From positions 1 through 11,465 of the forward strand of contig JANMLN010000195.1 of the NCBI GenBank assembly GCA_031372565.1: DNA of 11,465 nucleotides. Direction: 5' to 3'. Shown piece by piece: positions 7,980 to 11,465 of this stretch; position 1 is the stretch's first letter, and each line of letters begins with the position of its first letter. The position numbers were made by a program, and so were the translations under genes. The stretch comes from Gemmatimonadota bacterium. GTDB taxonomy: Bacteria > Gemmatimonadota > Gemmatimonadetes > Gemmatimonadales > Gemmatimonadaceae. The notes below the pieces were generated by a model. It was not told where the DNA came from. It saw only the letters and a program-made list of their open reading frames with translations, and made no database searches.

Positions 7980-8516
7980 CTATGGCCTGACCGCGCGCTC
8001 AAAGCAGAGCGCATCAGGCAACAAACCGTCCCGATAGTGAGGAATCGGAACGAACCCGAGGCGCCGGTACAATGCCTGCGCCGCAGCCAGCTCGGGGGCC
8101 GTGTCGAGACGGATGGTATTGAACCCGAGCCTTTCCGCCTCTGCCACGAGGCCCCGAGTAATGGCCTCGCCGACTCCACGCCCTCGCGCGGCGGGCCTGA
8201 CATAAACGCGCTTGATCTCCGCATGGCCCGACGTCTCCAAAGCGAGCAAAGCACCGCAGCCCCAGGCATCACCGTCTTCAGTAGCGACGAGGAGCGCTCC
8301 GCCCGGATGCAAGTAGGGTCGCGGCAGCGCCGCAATCTCGGCATTGGCCGTCGGCCACCGACCCACGGTATGGGGCAACGCCGCATACTCGCGCACCAAA
8401 GTCCGCGCGAGCTCGACCAGATCGGGATCTGACTGCTCCGAAACACGGAGGATCGGTATCGTGTGCCCCAAGGACGGTGTTCCAAAGACCGAGTTGCGGT
8501 GTTTCGCAAGAACCAT
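7980..8516 (-). CDS. GNAT family N-acetyltransferase
   Basis: GCGAL..AEIKRVYVRPAARGRGVG..IRLDT..AAQALYRRLGF. Start is ATG 8516 or TTG 8471, and must lie downstream of the attC at 8523. Confidence 0.88.
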   Translation of the reverse strand: MVLAKHRNSVFGTPSLGHTIPILRVSEQSDPDLVELARTLVREYAALPHTVGRWPTANAEIAALPRPYLHPGGALLVATEDGDAWGCGALLALETSGHAEIKRVYVRPAARGRGVGEAITRGLVAEAERLGFNTIRLDTAPELAAAQALYRRLGFVPIPHYRDGLLPDALCFERAVRP

Positions 8517-8522
8517 GAAGTC

Positions 8523-8595
8523 GCATAACTTCAAGGTGTGCCGCGGTCGCCCATCTGCTGCACTAGACGGCCGTCGGCACCAACTGCCGTCATGC
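8523..8595 (-). repeat. attC-like recombination site
   Basis: Minus: GCATGAC..gtgccg(a)cggccgtcta...tgggcgaccgcggcac..GTTATGC; extrahelical base in the left arm. Confidence 0.82.
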
Positions 8596-8605
8596 GGTGC
8601 CCGCG

Positions 8606-9091
8606 CTACCGCCCGCGCGGCACCGGAGCCGACGAGTGGCCGGCGACGATCCGCCATCCCGCAGGCTCATGCTGCAGGGTCATAGTGATCGCACCGGAGA
8701 ATCCGAAGCTCACACCAGCCGAGTCCATGAACTGGGTGGCAAAATGGGCGGCGACTCCCGCGACGCCGGGGCCGAGCGGTTGGAGCACCACGTTCGTGTA
8801 TGCGGTCTTGATGCGCGTACCGACTGGCAGGGCGGCGAGTGCCGAGCGGACCGCGGCCGCGTCGGCATAGCGGACCTCACCACTCTCGACAAAACGAAAG
8901 TCGGCCCGCCCGGAGTAGAGAGCCGCGAGTGAGTCCCACCGTGCGTTCTCGGACAAGCGAGTAAAGTCTGCGAGGAACACGCGCGCACTATCGGCGATCG
9001 CGGCGGCGTGCTCCGCGCTCAGTTCGGCGCGCGGCTGAGCGCATGCGACCGACCCGAGCAAGATCAGGAGTGCGGCGAGTCGAGCCTGCAT
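8606..9091 (-). CDS. Secreted NTF2/SnoaL-like (DUF4440-like) protein
   Basis: Signal-peptide-like N-terminus; WDSLAALY..; C-terminal GWRIVAGHSS motif; AGGAG RBS. Confidence 0.8.
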   Translation of the reverse strand: MQARLAALLILLGSVACAQPRAELSAEHAAAIADSARVFLADFTRLSENARWDSLAALYSGRADFRFVESGEVRYADAAAVRSALAALPVGTRIKTAYTNVVLQPLGPGVAGVAAHFATQFMDSAGVSFGFSGAITMTLQHEPAGWRIVAGHSSAPVPRGR

Positions 9092-9128
9092 CTGTCACTC
9101 CTGGTAGCGGTTCGAGGCCTGTGCATCC

Positions 9129-9233
9129 ACATGACGAACAAGGTTGAGCGGCGGAGCCATGCCACAAATTGGTGCGGCCCGAAGGGTCGCGCCATCAGCC
9201 CTGGCGGCTCCGTCAGTTGCACCGGCCTTAGCC
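9129..9233 (-). repeat. attC-like recombination site
   Basis: Minus: GGCTAAG gcc ggtgcaactgacggagcc...ggctccgccgctcaacc ttgttc GTCATGT. Overlaps the upstream stop codon; its end is 29/32 identical to the site at 5027-5058. Confidence 0.8.
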
Positions 9234-9668
9234 ACTGCGAGCACGGAGCTTCCATCCTCCATCAAGCAGGGGGACGCTGGCGCACGCGGGTCCGCCGTCA
9301 CGCGCCGTGCCTTGTATTGCGACCTCGAGGACGACGGGACCATCAGCCTTCAGCAGCTCTGACTTCTCGATGGCGCTGAGCGGAACCTTCGCGCGGCGGT
9401 CCCAGCTCGATCGAGTGTCACCGGCGCGCTGACCCGCGTTGACATACACGAAGCGTCCGGCAGGCGGCCCCTGCACGGCTTCGCCGCGCAGCTGCACAAC
9501 GCCGCGCGCGTTGGGCCCGAACACGACCGGGACGTCGAATACCACGCGATGACCCGTAACCGATACCGGCGGAAGCAGCGCATCGCGCCCGAGTTGCACG
9601 GCCCATCGGGCATCCGCGGGTGGATCGACGAGCGTAATCCGCAACGTCACCGATACGTCTCCCTTCAT
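9228..9668 (-). CDS. DUF5990-like hypothetical protein
   Basis: LRITLVDPP..RGEAVQGPPAGRFVYVN.G..WDRRAKVPL..GTARDGGPACASV resembles DUF5990 from memory. The ORF fills the space between two attC sites. Confidence 0.75.
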   Translation of the reverse strand: MKGDVSVTLRITLVDPPADARWAVQLGRDALLPPVSVTGHRVVFDVPVVFGPNARGVVQLRGEAVQGPPAGRFVYVNAGQRAGDTRSSWDRRAKVPLSAIEKSELLKADGPVVLEVAIQGTARDGGPACASVPLLDGGWKLRARSG

Positions 9669-9699
9669 GTCTACGAGTCCCCGGAGCGCTGTGGCAACT

Positions 9700-9795
9700 G
9701 GCTAACGAATCGCGCTTCTGCTGCGGCACCGCTCTGGCTTCTTGCACCGACGCGCGGAAACCGGGTGCGCCGTCGGCAGCAAGCGCTGGTCAGCC
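9700..9795 (-). repeat. attC-like recombination site
   Basis: Minus: GGCTGAC ca gcgcttgctgccgacggcgc ... gtgccgcagcagaagcgc gattc GTTAGCC; strongly paired arms. Confidence 0.85.
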
Positions 9796-9846
9796 AGCCT
9801 ACAGCTTGGAACTGCCGCCGCACGCCAAAAGCGCGGAGCCATGGAC

Positions 9847-11324
9847 CTATCTCGGGCTCACCACCCGATCAAACCGCATGTTGCGACTCCGCTCGGTAGA
9901 CAGCCCGAAACCGGAAATGGAGCCATCTGGTCGCCGAGTGAATCGTATTGAAATGTCCGATCTGAACTCGTCGGGTTCCGCCATCGCAAAAACCGGGGAC
10001 CTGATGCCCGGCCCCCGCACAATCATGCCGCTATCCGATGCGCTGATCTCGATCGTGCTCTGAAGTTCCTCGCTGAAGTATCTCCCCACAAACTCCTGAA
10101 GGGCTACCACGCTGACTGGTGTCTCGTTTGGCTCCTTGACCCGCACCATGGTGAACTCGCCTTGCACGCCCTGCCACTGGAAGCTGCGAGCGGGTTCGCC
10201 CCCCGCCAGATCGAACCTGATGGATGCCTCGATGGGCGTCCCCAGCACCTCGAATCGGTACGAGCCGATGTGCCGGAGCTCGTAGCGCTGGCCCTCGACC
10301 GACAAGTGCAGCTTTCCCTGATCCACCGCTACTGTCATATCGGGCGCCTTGCCTCGAAATGTGCCGACAAGGAGCGGCAGTGCGTTCGGGGGCAGGCTGA
10401 CCTTCGGGAGGGCAGAGAGCGGGGGGGGCGTTGAAACGCCCGCGGTTGCTGCGGCCGATGGAACAGGAAGGAAGATGTTCGCAACCCGCATTGCGTGCAC
10501 GTCCGGATCGGCGTCGCTCCTGTTGCAGAGCACGGCAACCGACAGGCGCTGGTCGGGATACCGGGTCAGCTGCGACACATACCCACCCCAATGGCCGCTA
10601 TGTCCAACGGCACGATGTCCCCGGTACGAGGTGATCGACAGGCCAAGGCCATAGTTGGTCGATTGCCCACTCGTCTGGCGGCCAGGCTGTTCGAGCGTGT
10701 CAATCATCGCCCTGCCGCCAAGCCGTGCGTCGTGGAAGTTCTTCTCCCACCGGAACAGCTCCTCGATGCTGGTCCATACGCCACCGTCGCCGATCTGCAG
10801 CCACCGGGGCATGTCAGCCCTGAAGCCGGAGTCGTTCAGCGGTGAATAGCCCGTCGCACGCGCCGGGACAACGGCATTGTAGCTCGTCAGGAAGTGGGTC
10901 TGGCGCATGCCGAGTGGAGCAAAGAGCCGCTCGCGCGCAACGACGTGCAGCGGTGCGCCCGTCACGCGCTGCACGACCAGTGACATCAGGAAATAGCCGG
11001 TGCTGCCGTACAGAAACTCGGTGCCAGGTGGGAAGTTGAGCGCCCTTTGTCGGACGATCACCGTGAGCGCGTCCTCGTCGGTGGTCACGTCATCTTCACG
11101 ATGCCCGCTCAGCACGAGCAGGCGTACATAGTCCCGGAGGCCGCTCGTGTGGTGGAACAGATGGCGGAGCGTGATCGTGTGTCCGTAGTCGGGCAACTCG
11201 GAGATGTATTTCCGGATGTCATCGTCGAGGGAGAGTCTACCCTCCTGGGCCAGTAACGTGACCACGGCCGCGGTGAACTGTTTTGACACCGAAGCGATGT
11301 CGAGCATCGACTGTGGCGTCAGGG
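9847..11324 (-). pseudogene. Serine hydrolase (beta-lactamase/AmpC-PBP family), N-terminus cut off by IS insertion
   Basis: IASVSKQF (SxxK), LFHHTSG, FPPGTEFLYGSTGY, GDGG, HSG. The frame continues upstream (LTPQSM) up to the IS end at 11325, with no native start or signal peptide. Confidence 0.85.
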
Positions 11325-11465
11325 TGGACTTACCCCGGTTTAGTGGACACGTGACTCAGGCCGCAGCGGCCTGATCGTGCAGGAACCGTTCGTACTGCAT
11401 CGGGGAGCGATAGCCCAGCGACGAATGCAGCCGCTCCAGATTGTACCAGCGATCAATGAACTCGA
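11325..11465 (-). mobile_element. IS3-family insertion sequence, right end
   Basis: Terminal IR TGGACTTACCCCGGTTTAGTGGACA (11325-11349) gives the ...CA end on the minus strand, next to the transposase C-terminus. Confidence 0.9.
11356..11465 (-). CDS. IS3-family transposase OrfB, C-terminal fragment
   Basis: Manual translation EFIDRWYNLERLHSSLGYRSPMQYERFLHDQAAAA*, matching the YN..R.HS.LGY..P motif. Confidence 0.9.
   Translation of the reverse strand, partial: EFIDRWYNLERLHSSLGYRSPMQYERFLHDQAAAA

Larger units (their letters stand above)
3985..11324 (-). mobile_element. Integron-type gene cassette array (CALIN, or the distal part of a chromosomal integron)
   Basis: Co-oriented short unrelated ORFs, nearly all followed by an imperfect inverted repeat of 73-139 bp bounded by R''/R'-like 7-mers. 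Cassette 5' ends are complementary to their own R''. Includes a TA cassette and typical cassette families (GNAT, VOC). Confidence 0.88.

Noticed and set aside
7890..8657. ORF-track extended starts (8657 and 7940 here; likewise 6359, 5513, 5129, 4498)
   Set aside because: They begin inside attC sites or upstream genes; downstream starts fit cassette boundaries and, in most cases, an RBS.
3985..9795. Intergenic repeats as a CRISPR array, REP elements or rho-independent terminators
   Set aside because: Spacing is gene-sized, sequences are heterogeneous, there are no U-tracts or cas genes, and the R''/R' architecture fits attC better.
9847..11307. Functional beta-lactamase resistance gene
   Set aside because: Broad serine hydrolase family, N-terminally truncated, lacks YxN; no basis for a resistance call.
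11346..11373. Palindrome TCAGGCCGC-A-GCGGCCTGA (11356-11374) as an attC
   Set aside because: Lies inside the IS at the transposase stop; too short and lacks attC architecture.

Overview
GC-rich bacterial DNA in two parts. Left (1-3904) looks chromosomal: the 5' end of an SDR oxidoreductase (-), a degraded PAS/receiver relic, a membrane-bound hybrid histidine kinase (+) and a convergent secreted DUF1080 protein (-). Right (~3985-11324) is an integron-type gene-cassette array on the minus strand. It holds about 10 short unrelated cassettes (membrane protein, AAC(3)-I-like GNAT, higBA, VOC, nitrilase, DUF1801, GNAT, NTF2-like, DUF5990-like, serine hydrolase) separated by 8 two-armed attC-like hairpins plus 2 half sites. 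The attC cores are often non-canonical (GAC/GTC instead of AAC/GTT), higB appears to have lost both start and stop codons, and the serine hydrolase is cut by an IS3-family element at the window edge. No integron integrase is visible in the window. All family calls come from motif recognition by eye, not database searches.
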